Source: Octopus sinensis (taxonomy: Eukaryota). From it: DNA of 64,000 bases. The stretch is from NCBI RefSeq assembly GCF_006345805.1, contig NC_043025.1, forward strand, positions 16,864,001-16,928,000. Direction: 5' to 3'. The position numbers were made by a program, and so were the translations under genes. The notes below the pieces were generated by a model, which was given only the letters and a program-made list of their open reading frames with translations, searched no databases and was not told the DNA's origin. This document shows positions 1-14,600 of the stretch, one piece after another. Within the stretch, counting starts at the first letter, position 1, and the number at the start of each line of letters is the position of its first letter.

Positions 1-3000
1 AAATTCTCAAAAGTTATCAGGTTAGAAAATGTGAAATATCTCAAATGTGTACTTGATAAAAAACAAAAAATTTTGTGATCTGTTAGGTTAACTGAGTTAT
101 AATAAGCTTATATTTATCCAAGAGATAACTAAAGTCTCAAAAGTTATCAGGTTAGAAAATGTTAAATTATTTCAAATGTGTACTTGAAAAACATAAAAAC
201 TTTTATGATCTGTTAGGTAAATATAAATTAACTGAGTGATAATAAGCTTATTTCTATCCAAGAGATCACTAAATTCTCAAAAGTTTTCAGGTTACAAAAT
301 GTCAAAATATTTCAAATGTGTACTTGAAATACAACAAAGTATTTTGTGATTTGTTAGGTAAATATAAGTTAACTGAGTGATAATAAGCTTATATTTATCC
401 AAGAGATTACTAAATTCTCAAAAATTTTAAGATTAGAAAATGTCAAAATATTTCAAATGTGTACTTTAAAAATAACAAAAAAACACGCGATTTTTTAGGT
501 AAATATATGTTAACTGAGTGATAATATGCGTATAATTATCCAAGACAACACTAAATTCTCAAAAGTTTTCAGTTTAGAAAATGTCAACATATTTCAAATG
601 TGTACTTGAAAAACAAAAAAAATTTTGTGATCTGTTCGGTAAATATAAATAACTGAGTGATAATAAGCTTATATTTATCCAAGAGATCACTAAATTTTCA
701 AAAGTTTTCAAGTTAGAAAATGTCAAAATATTTCAAAAGTGTAATTTAGAAACAATAAAAAAGTTTGTGATCTGTTAGGGAATATAAGTTATCTGAGTGA
801 TAATATGGTATATTTATCCAAGAGAGCACTAAATTCTCAAAAGTTTTCAAGTTAGAAAATGTCAAAATATTTCAAAAGTGTACTTGAGAAACAATAAAAA
901 AGTTTGTGATCTGTTAGGGAAATATAAGTTATCTGAGTGATAATATGCGTATATTTATCCAAGAGATCACTAAATTCTCAAAATTTGTCAGCTTAGAAAA
1001 TGTTAAAATATTTCAAATGTGTACTTGAAAAACAACAACAAATTTTGTGATCTGTTAGGTAATTATAAATTAACTGAGTGATAATAAGCTTATATTTATC
1101 CAAGAGATCACTAAATTTTCAAAAGTTTTCAGGTTAGAAAATATCAAAATATTTCAAATATTTACTTGAAAAACAACAAAATATTTTGTGATCTGTTAGG
1201 TAAAATATAAGTTAACTGAGTGATAATAAGCTTATATTTATCCAAGAGATCACAAAAGTCTAAAAGTTTTCAGGTTAGAAAATGTCAAATTATTTCAAAT
1301 GTGTACTTGAAAAACAACAAAATATTTTGTGATCTGTTAGGTAAAATATAAGTTAAATGAGTGATTATTATAAGCTTATATTTATCCAACAGATCACAAA
1401 ATTCTCAAAAGTTTTTAGGTTAGAAAATGTCAAAATATTTCAAATGTGTACGTGAAAAATAAAAAAAAATCACGTGATCTTTTAGGTAAATATATGTTAA
1501 CTGAGTGATAATATGCGTATAATTATCCAAGACAACACTAAGTTCTCAAAAGTTTTCAGATTAGAAAATGTCAAAATATTTCAAATGTGTACTGGAAAAA
1601 CAACAAAAAATTTTGTGTTATCTTCGGTAAATATAATTTAACTAAGTGATAATAAGCTTATATTTATCCAAGAGATCACTAAATTCTGAAAAGTTTTCAG
1701 GTGTGAAAATGTCAACATATTTCAAATGTGTACTTGAAAAACAACAAAGAATTTTTTGACCTGTTCGGTAAATATAAATTAACTGAGTGATAATAAGCTT
1801 AGATTTATCCAAGAGATCACTAAATTCTCAAAAGTTTTCAAGTTAGAAAATGTCAAAATATTTCAAAAGTGTACTTGAGAAACAACAAAAAATTTGAAAT
1901 CTTTGGGTAAATATAAATTAACTGAGTATAATAAACTTATTTTTATCAAGAGTTCACTAAATTCTGAAAAGTTTTCAGGTTAGAAAATGTCAAAATACTT
2001 CAAATGTGTACTTGAGAAACAATAATAAATTTTGTGATCTGTAGGTAATATAAATTAACTGAGTGATAATAAGCTATATTTATCCAAGATCACTAAATTC
2101 TGAAAAGTTATCAGGTTAGAAAATGTCAAAATATTTCAAATGTGTACTTGAAAAATAAAAAAAAAATTTTAAATCTGTTAGGTAAATATATTAACTGAGT
2201 GATAAAAATCTTATTTTTATCCAAGTGTTCAGTAAATTCTCAAAATTCTTCAGGTTAGAAAATGTCAAAACATTTCAACTGTGTACTTGAGAAACAACAA
2301 AAGATTTTGTGATCTGTTAGGTAAATATAAGTTATCTGAGGGATAATATGGTATATTTATCCTAGATATCACTAATTTTCAAAAGTTTTCAGGTTAGAAA
2401 ATGTCAAAATATCTCAAATGTGTACTTGAAAAAAACAAAAATTTGTGATCTTTTAGGTAGTATAAATTACCTCAGTGATGATAAGCTTCTATTTATCCAA
2501 AATATCACTAAATTCTGAAAAGTTTTCAGGTTCGAAAATGTCAAAATATTTCAAATGTGTACTTGAAAAATAAAAAAAAAAATTTAAATCTGTTAGGTAA
2601 ATATATTAACTGAGTGATAAAAATCTTATTTTTATCCAAGTGTTCAGTAAATTCTCAAAATTCTTCAGGTTAGAAATGTCAAAACATTTCAACTGTGTAC
2701 TTGAAAAACAACAAAAGATTTTGTGATCTGTTAGGTAAATATAAGTTATTTGAGGGATAATATGGGTATATTTATCCACGATATCACTAAATTTTCAAAA
2801 GTTTTCAGGTTAGAAAATGTCAAAATATCTCAAATGTGTACTTGAAAAACAACAAAAAATTTGTGATCTTTTAGGTAAGTATAAATTAACTCAGTGATGA
2901 TAGCTTCTATTTATCCAAAATATCACTAAATTCTCAAAAGTTTTCAGGTTAGAAATTGTCAAAATATGTCAAGTAAGTACTTGAAAAACAACAAAAAATT

Positions 3001-6000
3001 TTGAAATCTGTTAGGTAAATATAAATTAACTGAGTGATAATAAGCATACATTTATCAAAGTGATCACGAAATTCTCATTAGTTTTAAGGTTAGAAAATGT
3101 CAAAATATTTCAAATGTGTACTTGAGAAACAACAAAAAAGTTTGTGATCTGTTAGGTAAATATAAGTTATCTGAGTGATAATATGCATATATTTATACAA
3201 GAGATTACTAAATTCTAGAAATTGTTAGGTTAGAAAATGTCAATATATTTCAAATGTGTATTTGAAAAACAACAAAAAGTATTGTGATCTGTTCAGTAAA
3301 AATATATTAACTGAGTGAGAATAGGTTTATATTTATCAAAGTGATCATAAATTCTCAAAAGTTTTCAGGTTAGAAAATGTCAAAATTTTCATATGTTTAC
3401 TTGAAAAACAAAAAAAAAAATTTGTGATCTGGTAGGTATATATAAGTTATATGATTGATAATAAGCTCATTTTATATCCAAGAGATTACTAAATTCTCAA
3501 AAGTTATCAGGTTAGAAAATGTCAAAATATTTCAAATGTTTACTTGAAATAGAAAAAAAAATTTGTGATCTGTTAGGTAAACATAAGGTAACTGAGTGAT
3601 AATAAGCTTATATTTATCCAAGAATCACTAAATTCTCAATGTTTTCAGGTTAGAAAATGTCAAAATATTTCAATGTGTACTTGAAAAACAACAAAAAAGT
3701 GTGTGAACTGTTAGGTAATATAAATTAACTCAGTGATATTAAGCTTATATTTATCCAAGAGATCACTAAATTCTCAAAAGTTTTCAGGTTAGAAAATGTC
3801 AAAATATTTCAAATGTGTACTTGAAAAACAAAAAAAAATTTTGAAATCTGTTAGGTAAATATAAATTAACTGACTGAAAAAATCTTATTTTTATCCAAGA
3901 GTTCAGTAAATTCTCAAATTTTTCAGGTTAGAAAATGTCAAAATTTTTCAAATTTGTACTTGAAATCAACAAAAAATTTTGTGATATGTTAGGTAAATAT
4001 AATGAGCTTATATTTATCCAAGAGATCACTAGATTCTCAAAAGTTTTCAGGTTAGAATATGTCAAAATATTTCAAATGTGTACTTGAAAAACAACAAAAT
4101 ATTTTGTGATCTGTTAGGTAAAATATAAGTTAACTGAGTGATAATATGCGTATCATTATCCAAGACATCACTAAATTCTCAAACGTTTTCAGGTTAGAAA
4201 ATGTCAAATTATTTCAAATATGTACTTGAAAAACAACAAAAAATTTTGTGATCAGTTAGGTAAATAAAAGTTAACTGAGTGATAATAAGCTTATATTTAT
4301 CCAAGAGATCACTAAATTCTCAAAAGTTTTCAGATTAGAAAATGTCAAAATATTTCAAATGTGTACTTGAAAACACAAAATATTTTGTGATCTGTTAGGT
4401 AAATATAAGTTAAATGAGTGATTATAAGCTTATATTATCCAACAGATCACAAAATTCTCAAAAGTTTTTAGGTTAGAAAATGTCAAAATATTTCAAATGT
4501 GTACTTGAAAAATAAAAAAAAATCACGTGATCTTTTAGGTAAATATATGTTAACTGAGTGATAATATGCGTATAATTTCCAGACAACACTAAGTTCTCAA
4601 AAGTTTTCAGAGAAAAATGTCAAAATATTTCAAATGTGTACTGGAAAAACCACAAAAAATTTTGTTGTCTTCGGTAAATATAATTTAACTAAGTGATAAT
4701 AAGCTTATATTTATCCAAGAGATCACTAAAGTCTGAAAAGTTTTCAGGTGAGAATATGTCAACATATTTCAAATGTGTACTTGAAAAACAACAAAAAATT
4801 TTTTGACCTGTTCGGTGTAAATTAAAATTAACTGAGTGATAATAAGCTTAGATTTATCCAAGAGATCACTAAATTCTCAAAAGTTTTCAAGTTAGAAAAT
4901 GTCAAAATATTTCAAAAGTGTACTTGAGAAACAACAAAAAATTTTGAAATCTCTTGGGTAAATATAAATTAACTGAGTAATAATAAACTTATTTTTATCC
5001 AAGAGTTCACTCAAATTCTGAAAAGTTTTCAGGTTAGAAAATGTCAAAATATTTCAAATGTGTACTTGAGAAACAATAATAAATTTTGTGATCTGTTAGG
5101 TAAATATAAATTACTGAGTGATAATAAGCCTATATTTATCCAAGATCACTAAATTCTGAAAAGTTTTCAGGTTCGAAAATGTCAAAATATTTCAAATGTG
5201 TACTTGAAAAAAAAAAAAAATTTAAATCTGTTAGGTAAATATATTAACTGAGTGATAAAAATCTTATTTTTATCCAAGTGTTCAGTAAATTCTCAAAATC
5301 TTCAGGTTAGAAAATGTCAAAACATTTCAACTGTGTACTTGAGAAACAACAAAAGATTTTGTGATCTGTTAGTAAATATAGTATCTGAGGGATAATATGG
5401 GTATATTTATCCACGATATCACTAAATTTTCAAAAGTTTTCAGGTTAGAAAATGTCAAAAAATCTCAAATGTGTACTTGAAAAACAACAAAAAATTTGTG
5501 ATCTTTTAGGTAAGTCAAATTAACTCAGTGATGATAAGCTTCTATTTATCCAAAATATCACTAAATCTCAAAAGTTTTCAGGTTAGAAATTGTCAAAATA
5601 TGTCAAGTAAGTACTTGAAAAACACAACAAAAAATTTTGAAATCTGTTAGGTAAATATAAATTAACTGAGTGATAATAAGCATACATTTATCAAGTGATC
5701 ACGAAATTCTCATTAGTTTTCAGGTTAGAAAATGTCAAAATATTTCAAATGTGTACTTGAGAAACAACAAAAATGTTTGTGATCTGTTAGGTAAATATAA
5801 GTTATCTGAGTGATAATATGCGTATATTTATACAAGAGATTACTAAATTCTAGAAATTGTTAGGTTAGAAAATGTCAATATATTTCAAATGTGTATTTGA
5901 AAAACAACAAAAAGTATTGTGATCTGTTCAGTAAAAATATATTAACTGAGTGAGAATAGGTTTATATTTATCAAAGTGATCAGTAAATCTCAAAAGTTTT

Positions 6001-6826
6001 CAGGTTAGAAAATGTCAAAATATTTCGTATGTTTACTTGAAAAACAAAAAAAAAAAAAATTTGTGATCTGGTAGGTATATATAAGTTATATGATTGATAA
6101 TAAGCTTATTTTTATCCAAGAGATTACTAATTCTCAAAAGTTATCAGGTTAGAAAATGTCAAAATATTTCAAATGTTTACTTGAAATACAAAAAAAAAAT
6201 TTGTGATCTGTTAGGTAAACATAAGGTAACTGAGTGATAATAAGCTTATATTTATCCAAGAGATCACTAAATTCTCAAATGTTTTCAGGTTAGAAAATGT
6301 CAAAATATTTCAAATGTGTACTTGAAAAACAACAAAAAAGTGTGTGAACTGTTAGGTAAATATAAATTAACTCAGTGATATTAAGCTTATATTTATCCAA
6401 GAGATCACTAAATTCTCAAAAGTTTTCAGGTTAGAAAATGTCAAAATATTTCAAATGTGTACTTGAAAAACAAAAAAAAATTTGTGATTTGTTCGGTAAA
6501 TATAAATTGAGTGATAATAAGCTTATATTTATCCAAGTGATCACTAAATTCTCAAAAGTTTTCAGGTTAGAAAATGTCAAAATATTTCAAATGTGTACTT
6601 TAAAAAAATCAATAAATTAAGTGATCTTTTAGGTTAATATATGTTAACTGAGTTATAATAAGCTTATATTTATCCAAGAGATCACTAATTTTTCAAACGT
6701 TTTCAGGTTAGAAAATGTCAAAATATTTCAGTTGTGTACTTGAAAAACAACAAAAGCTTTTGTGATCTGTTAAGTTAATATAATTTAACAGAGTGCTAAT
6801 AAGCTTTTATTTATCCAAGAGATCAC
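1..6826 (+). repeat. Satellite DNA block A, ~141-bp AT-rich monomer, head-to-tail, consensus orientation
   Basis: The motif AAATTCTCAAAAGTTTTCAGGTTAGAAAATGTCAAAATATTTCAAATGTGTACTTG recurs every ~141 bp (e.g. starts at 271 and 412). The block is cut by the left window edge. Confidence 0.98.
1270..6490 (+). repeat. Higher-order repeat, two copies ~2.63 kb apart (3.05 kb in the part before a nested ~0.42-kb trimer duplication)
   Basis: Diagnostic variants recur: CACGTGATCT at 1471 and 4524, AAGTAAGTAC at 2971 and 5605, GTGTGAACTG at ~3700 and ~6340. The trimer 2090-2510 is repeated at 2510-2930 in copy 1 only. Confidence 0.85.
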
Positions 6827-9800
6827 AAAATTTTTTGTTGTTTTTCAAGTACACATTTGAAATATTTTCACATTTTCTTGCCTGGAAACTTTTGAGAATT
6901 TAGTGACCTCTTGGATGAATATAAGCTTTTTATCACTCATATAGCTTATATTAACCTAACAGATCACAAAATTTTTCTTTGTTTTTCAAGTACACATTTG
7001 AAATATTTTGACATTTTCTAACCTGAAAATTTTTAGAATTTAGTTATCTCTTTGATAAATATAAGGTTATAATCAAGCAGTTAACTTATATTTTACTTAA
7101 CAGTACACAAATTTTTTTTTTGTTTTTCAACTACACATTTGAAATATTTTAACCTTTTCTAACCTGAAACCTTTTAGAATTTAGTGATCTCTTGGATAAA
7201 TATATGCTCATTATCACTCAGTATTTTATATTTACCTAACAGATCACAAAATTTTTTGTTGTTTTTCAAGAACACATTTGAAATATTTTGACATTTTCTA
7301 ACCTGAAAACCTTTTAGAATTTAGTGATCTCTTGGATAAATATAAGCTTATTATCACTCGGTTAATTTATATTGACATAGCAAATCACAAAATTTTTTTT
7401 GTTTTTCAAGTACACATTTGAAATATTTTGACATTTTCTAACCTGAAAACTTTTGAGTATTTAGTGATCTCTCGGATAAATATTAGCTTATTATCACTCA
7501 GTTGACTTATATTTACCTAACAGATCACAAAATTTTTTTTGTTTTTCAAATACACATTTGAAATATTTTAACATTTTCTAACCTGAAACCTTTGACAATT
7601 TAGTGATCTCTTGGATAAATATAAGGTCATTATCACTCAATAATTTATATTTATTTAACAGATCACAAAATTTTTTGTTGTTTTTCAAGTACACATATGA
7701 AATATTTTGAAATTTTCTAACCTAAAAACTTTTCAGAATTTAGTGATCTCTTGGACAAATATAAGCTTATCACTCGGTTAATTTATATTTACATAACAGA
7801 TCACAAAATTTTTTGTTGTTTTTCAAGTACACAATTGAATTATTTTGACATTTTCTAGCCTGAAACTTTTGAGAATTTAGTGATCTCTTGGATAAATATA
7901 AGCTTCTTATTATTCACTTAACTTATATTTACCTAACAGATCACCAAATTTTTTGTTGTTTTTCAAGAACACATTTGAAATATTTTGACATTTCCTAACC
8001 TAAAAACTTTTGAGAATTTAGTGATCTCTTGGATAAATATAAGCTTATTACTACTCATTTAACTTATATTTACCTAACAGTTAATCAAATTTTTTTTTAT
8101 TTTTCAAATACATATTGAAATATTTTGACACTTTCTAATCTGAAAACTTTTGAGAATTTAATGATCTCTTCGATAAATATAAGCTAATTATCACTCAGTT
8201 AACTTATATTTACATAACAGACAACAACATTTTTTTTTGTTTTTCAAGAACACATTTGAAATATTTTGACATTTTCTAATCTGAAAAAATTGAGAATTTA
8301 GTGATCTCTTGGATAAATATAAGTTAATTATCACTTAGTTAACTTATATTTAACTAACAGATCACGAAATTTTTTTTTGTTTTTAAAGTACATATTTGAA
8401 ATATTTTGACATTTTCTAACCTAAAAACTTTTGAGAATTTAGTGATCTCTTGGATAAATATAAGCTTATTATAAATCAGTTAATTTTCATTTACCTAACA
8501 GCTCACAAAATTTTTTTTTTTTTTCAAGTAGACATTTGAAATATTTTGACATTTTCTAACCTGAAAACTTTTGAGAATTTAACGATCTCTTCGATAAAAT
8601 TTTTTTTTTTTTTTCAAGTACATATTTGAAATATTTTGACATTTTGTAGCCTGAAGATTTTTGATAATTTAGTGATCTCTTGGATAAAGATAAACGTATT
8701 ATCACTCAGTTAACATATTTACCTAACAGATCACAAAATTTTTGTTGTTTTTCAAGTACACATTTGAAATATTTTGACATTTTCTAACCTGAAAAATTTT
8801 GAGAATTTAGTGATCTCTTGCATAAATATAAGCTTTTTCAAGTACATTTTCTAACCTGAAAACATTTGAGAATTTAGTGATCTCTTGATTAAATATAAGC
8901 TTATTATCACTCAGTTAACTTATATTTACCTAAAAGATCAGAAAATTTTTGTTGTTTTTCAAGTACACATTTGAAATATTTTGACATTTTCTAACCTGAA
9001 AACTTTTGAGAATTTAGTGATCTCTTGGATAAATATAAGCTTATTATAACTCAGTTAATTTTTATTTACCTAACAGATCACAAAATATTTGTTGTTTTTC
9101 AAGTACACATTTGAAATATTTTGACATTATCTAACCTGAAAACTTTTGAGAACTTAGTGATCTCTTGATAAATATAAGATTATTATAACTCGGTTAATTT
9201 ATATTTACATAACAGATCACAAAATTTTTTTTTCTTTTTCAAGTACACATTTGAAATATTTTGACATTTTCTAACCTGAAAAATTTTGAGAATTTAGTGA
9301 TCTCTTGCATAAATATAAGCTTATTTTCACTTAGTTAACTTACATTTACCTAGCACATCACAAATTTTTTTTTTGTTTTTCAAGTACACATTTGAAATAT
9401 TTTGACATTTTCTAACCTGAAAACTTTTGAGAATTTAGTGATCTCTTGGATAAATACAAGCTTATTATAACTCAGTTAATTTATATTTACCTAACAGATC
9501 ACAAAATTTTTGTTGTTTTTCAAGTACAAACTTGAAATATTTTGACATTTTCTAACCTGAAATATTTGAGAATTTTGTGATCTCTTGGATAAATATAAGA
9601 TTATTATAACTCGGTTAATTTATATTTACCTAACAGATCACAAAATTTTTGTTGTTTTTCAAGTACACATTTGAAATATTTTGACATTTTCTAACCTGAA
9701 AACTTTTGAGAATTTAGTGATCTCTTGGATAAATATAAGCTTATTTTCACTCAGTTAACTTACATTTACCTAGCACATCACAAAATTTTTTTTTGTTTTT

Positions 9801-11639
9801 CAAGTACACATTTGAAATATTTTGACATTTTCTTACCTGAAACTTTTGCGAATTTCGTCATCTCTTGGATAAATATAAGCTTATTATCACTCAGTTAATT
9901 TATATTTACCTAAGAGATCACAAAATTTTTTTTGTTTTTCAAGTACATATTTGAAATTTTTTGTTCTTGTCAAACCAGAAAACTTTTGAGAATTTAGTGA
10001 TCTCTTGGATTAATATAAGCTTATTATCACTCATATAGCTTATATTTACCTAACAGATCAAAAAAATTTTTTTTGTTTTTCAAGTACACATTTGAAATAT
10101 TTTGACATTTTCTAACCTGAAAACTTTTGAGAATTTAGTGATCTCTTGGATTAATATAAGCTTATTATAACTCAGTTAATTTATATTTACCTAACAGATC
10201 ACAAAAGTTTTGTTGTTTTTCAAGTACAAACTTGAAATATTTTGACATTTTCTAACCTGAAATATTTGAGAATTTTGTGATCTCTTGGATAAATATAAGA
10301 TTATTATAACTCGGTTAATTTATATTTACCTAACAGATCACAAAATTTTTGTTGTTTTTCAAGTACACATTTGAAATATTTTGACATTTTCTAACCTGAA
10401 AACTTTTGAGAATTTAGTGATCTCTTGGATAAATATAGCTTATTTCTTATTTTCACTCAGTTAACTTACATTTACCTAGCACATCACAAAATTTTTTTTG
10501 TTTTTCAAGTACACATTTGAAATATTTTGACATTTTCTTACCTGAAACTTTTGAGAATTTCGTGATCTTTTGGATAAATATAAGCTTATTATAACTCAGT
10601 TAATTTATATTTACCTAACAGATCACAAAATTTTTATTGTTTTTCATGTACACATTTGAAATATTTTGACATTTTCTAACCTGAAAAATTTTGATAATTT
10701 AGTGATCTCTTGTATAAATATAAGATTATAATAACTCGGTTAATTTATATTTACCTAACAGATCACAAAATTTTTTGTTGTTTTTCAAGTACACATTTGA
10801 AATAATTTGACATTTTCTAACCTGAAAACTTTTGAGTATTTAGTGATCTCTTGGTTAAATATAAGCTTATTATCACTCAGTTAACTTATATTTACCTAAA
10901 AGATAACAAAATATTTTTTTTTTTCAAAGTACACATTTGAAATATTTTGACATTTTCTAACCTGAAACCTTTGAGAATTAGTAATCTCTTAGATAAATAT
11001 AAGGTTATTATCACGCAGTAATTTATATTTAACGTAAAGATCACAAAGTTTTGTTGTTTTTCAAGTACACATTTGAAATATTTTGACATTTTCGAACCTG
11101 AAACTTTTGAGAATTTAGTGATCTCTTGGATAAATATAAGCTTATTATCACTCAGTTAACTTATATTTACCTAAAAGATCACAAAATATTTTTTTCTTTT
11201 CAAAGTACACATTTGAAATATTTTGACATTTTCTAACCTGAAACCTTTGAGAATTAAGTAATCTCTTAGATAAATATAAGGTTATTATCACGCAGTAATT
11301 TATATTTAACGTAAAGATCACAAAGTTTTGTTGTTTTTCAAGTACACATTTGAAATATTTTGACATTTTCTAACCTGAAACCTTTGAGAATTTAGTAATC
11401 TCTTAGATAAATATAAGGTTATTATCACTCAGTAATTTATATTTACCTAACAGATCACAAAATTTTTGTTGTTTTTCAAGTACACATTGGAAATATTTTG
11501 ACATTTTCTAACCTGAAATATTTGAGAATTTTGTGATCTCTTGGAAAAAATATAAGATTATTATAACTCGGTTAATTTATATTTACCTAACAGATCACAA
11601 AATTTTTGTTTTTTTTCAAGTACACATTTGAATATTTTG

Positions 11640-14600
11640 ACATTTTCTAACCTGAAAACTTTTGAGAATTTAGTGATCTCTTGGATAAATATAAGCTTTT
11701 TTCACTTCTTGGATAAATATAAGATTATTTTCACTCAGTTAACATACTTAGCACATCACAAAATTTTTTTTGTTTTTCACTCAGTTAATTTATATTTACC
11801 TAAGAGATCACAAATTTTTTTTGTTTTTCAAGTAACACATTTGAAATTTTTTGTTCTTGTCAAACCAGAAAACTTTTGAGATTTAGTGATCTCTTGGATT
11901 AATATAAGCTTATAATCACTCATATAGCTTATATTTACCTAACAGATAAAAAAATTTTTTTTTGTTTTTCAAGTACACATTGAAATATTTTGACATTTTC
12001 TAACCTGAAAACTTTTGAGAATTTAGTGATCTCTTGGATAATATAAGCTTATTACCACTCAGTTAACTTATATTTATCTAACAGTCAAAAATTTCTTTTG
12101 GTTTACAAGGACACATTTGAAATATTTTGACATTTTCTAACCAGAAAACTTTTCAGAATTTAGTGATCTCTTGGATAAATATCAGCTTATTATCACTCAT
12201 ATAGCTTACATTTACCTAACAGATCACAAATTGTTTTTTGTTTTTCAGTACACATTTGAAATATTTTGACATTTTCTAACCTGAAAACTTTTGAGAATTT
12301 TGTAATCTCTTGGATAAATATAAGGTATTATAACTAAGTTAATTTATATTTACCTAACAGCTCACAAAATTTTTTTTTCTTTTTCAAGTACACATTTGAA
12401 ATATTTTGACATTTTCTAACCTGAAACTTTTGAGAATTAGCGATCACTTGGATAAAATTTTTTTTTGACTTTCAAGTACACATTTGAAATATTTTGACAT
12501 TTTCTAGTCTGAAAACTGTCGAGAATTTAGTGATGTCTTGGATAAATATAAGCGTATTATCACTCAGTTAACTTATATTTATCTAAAAGATCACAAAATT
12601 TTTTTTTGTTTTTCAAGGACACATTTGAAATATTTTGACATTTTTATGACAAGAAATCTTTTGAGAATTTAGTTATCTCTTGGATAAATATAAGTTTATT
12701 ATCACTCAGTTAACTTATATATACCTAACAGATCACAAAATTTTTTTTTTTTTTTTCTAACCTGAAAACTTTTGAGAATTTAACGATCGCTTTGATAAAA
12801 TTTTTTTTTTGTTTTTCAAGTACATATTTGAAATATTTTGACATTTTCTAGCCTGAAAACATTTGAGAATTTAGTGATCTCTTGGATAAATATGAGCTAT
12901 TATCACTCAGTGAACTTATATTTACCTAAAAGTTCACAAAATTTTTTTTCTTTTTAAAGTACACATTTGAAATATTTTGACATTTTCTAACCTGAAACCT
13001 TTGAGAATTTAGTAATCTCTTAGATAAATATAAGGTTATTATCACGCAGTAATTTATATTTACCTTACAGATCACAAAATTTTGTTTGTTTTTCAAGTAC
13101 ACATTTGAAATATTTTGACATTTTCTAACCTGAAACTTTTGAGAATTTAGTGATCTCTTGGATAAATAGAAGCTTATTATAACTCAGTTAATTTATATTT
13201 ACCTAACAGATCACAAAATTTTTGTTGTTTTTCAAGTTCACATTTGAAATATTTTGACATTTTCTAACCTGAAAACTTTTTAGAATTTAGTGATCTCTTG
13301 GATAAATATAAGATTATAATAACTCGGTTAATTTATATTTACCTAACAGATCACCAAATTTTTTGTTGTTTTTCAAGTACACATTTGAAATACTTTGACA
13401 TTTTCTAACCTGAAAACATTTGAGAATTTAGTGATCTCTTGATTAAATATAAGCTTATTATCACTCAGTTAACTTATATTTACCTAAAAGATCACAAAAT
13501 TTTTTGTTGTTTTTCAAGTACACATTTGAAATATTTTGACATTTTCTAACCTGAAACTTTTGAGAATTTAGTGATCTCTTGGATAAATATAAGCTTATTT
13601 TAACTTAGTTAATTTATATTTACCTAACAGATCAAAAAATTTTTGTTGTTTTCAAGTACACATTTGAAATATTTTCACATTTTCTAACCTGAAAACTTTT
13701 GAGAACTTAGTGATCTCTTGGATAACTATAAGATTATTATAACTCGGTTAATTTATATTTACCTAACAGATCACAAAATTTTTTTTTCTTTTTCAAGTAC
13801 ACATTTGAAATATTTTGACATTTTCTAACCTGAAAACTTTTGAGAATTTAGTGATCTCTTGGATAAATACAAGCTTATTATAACTCAGTTAATTTATATT
13901 TACCTAACAGATCACAAAATTTTTGTTGTTTTTCAAGTACAAACTTGAAATATTTTGACATTTTCTAACCTGAAATATTTGAGACTTTTGTGATCTCTTG
14001 GAAAAATATAAGATTATTATAACTCGGTTAATTTATATTTACCTAACAGATCATAAAATTTTTTGTCGTTTTTCAAGTACACATTTGAAATATTTTGACA
14101 TTTTCTTACCTGAAAACTTTTGAGAATTTAGTGATCTCTGGATAAATATAAGATTATTTTCCATTGGATAAATATAAGATTTTAACTCAGTTAACATTTA
14201 CCTAGCACATCAACAAAATTTTTTTGTTTTTCACTCAGTTAATTATATTTACCTAAGAGATCACAAAATTTTTTTTGTTTTTCAAGTACATATTTGAAAT
14301 TTTTTGTTCTTGTCAAACCAGAAAACTTTTGAGAATTTAGTGATCTCTTGGATTAATATAAGCTTATAATCCTCATATAGCTTATATGTACCTAACAGAT
14401 AAAAAAATTTTTTTTTGTTTTTCAAGTACAACATTTGAAATATTTTGACATTTTCTAACCTGAAACTTTTGGAATTTAGTGATCTCTTGGATAAATATAG
14501 CTTATTACCACTCAGTTAACTTATATTTATCTAACAGATCAAAAAATTTCTTTTGGTTTATCAAGGACACATTTGAAATATTTTGACATTTTTCAAACCA

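Noticed and set aside
271-411. Phased A-tracts implying intrinsic DNA curvature
   Set aside because: A/T tracts are abundant, but their by-eye spacings (about 8-17 bp) are not a clean 10-11 bp phase. A curvature calculation would be needed.
340-420. Telomeric (TTAGG) repeat or TATA/promoter motifs in the monomer
   Set aside because: There is a single TTAGG per unit and never in tandem. TATA-like words are expected by chance at 75% AT.
6700-6950. Recent perfect fold-back palindrome centred on the A/B junction
   Set aside because: The sequences on either side differ at several diagnostic positions, and I did not see block A HOR markers mirrored in early block B.
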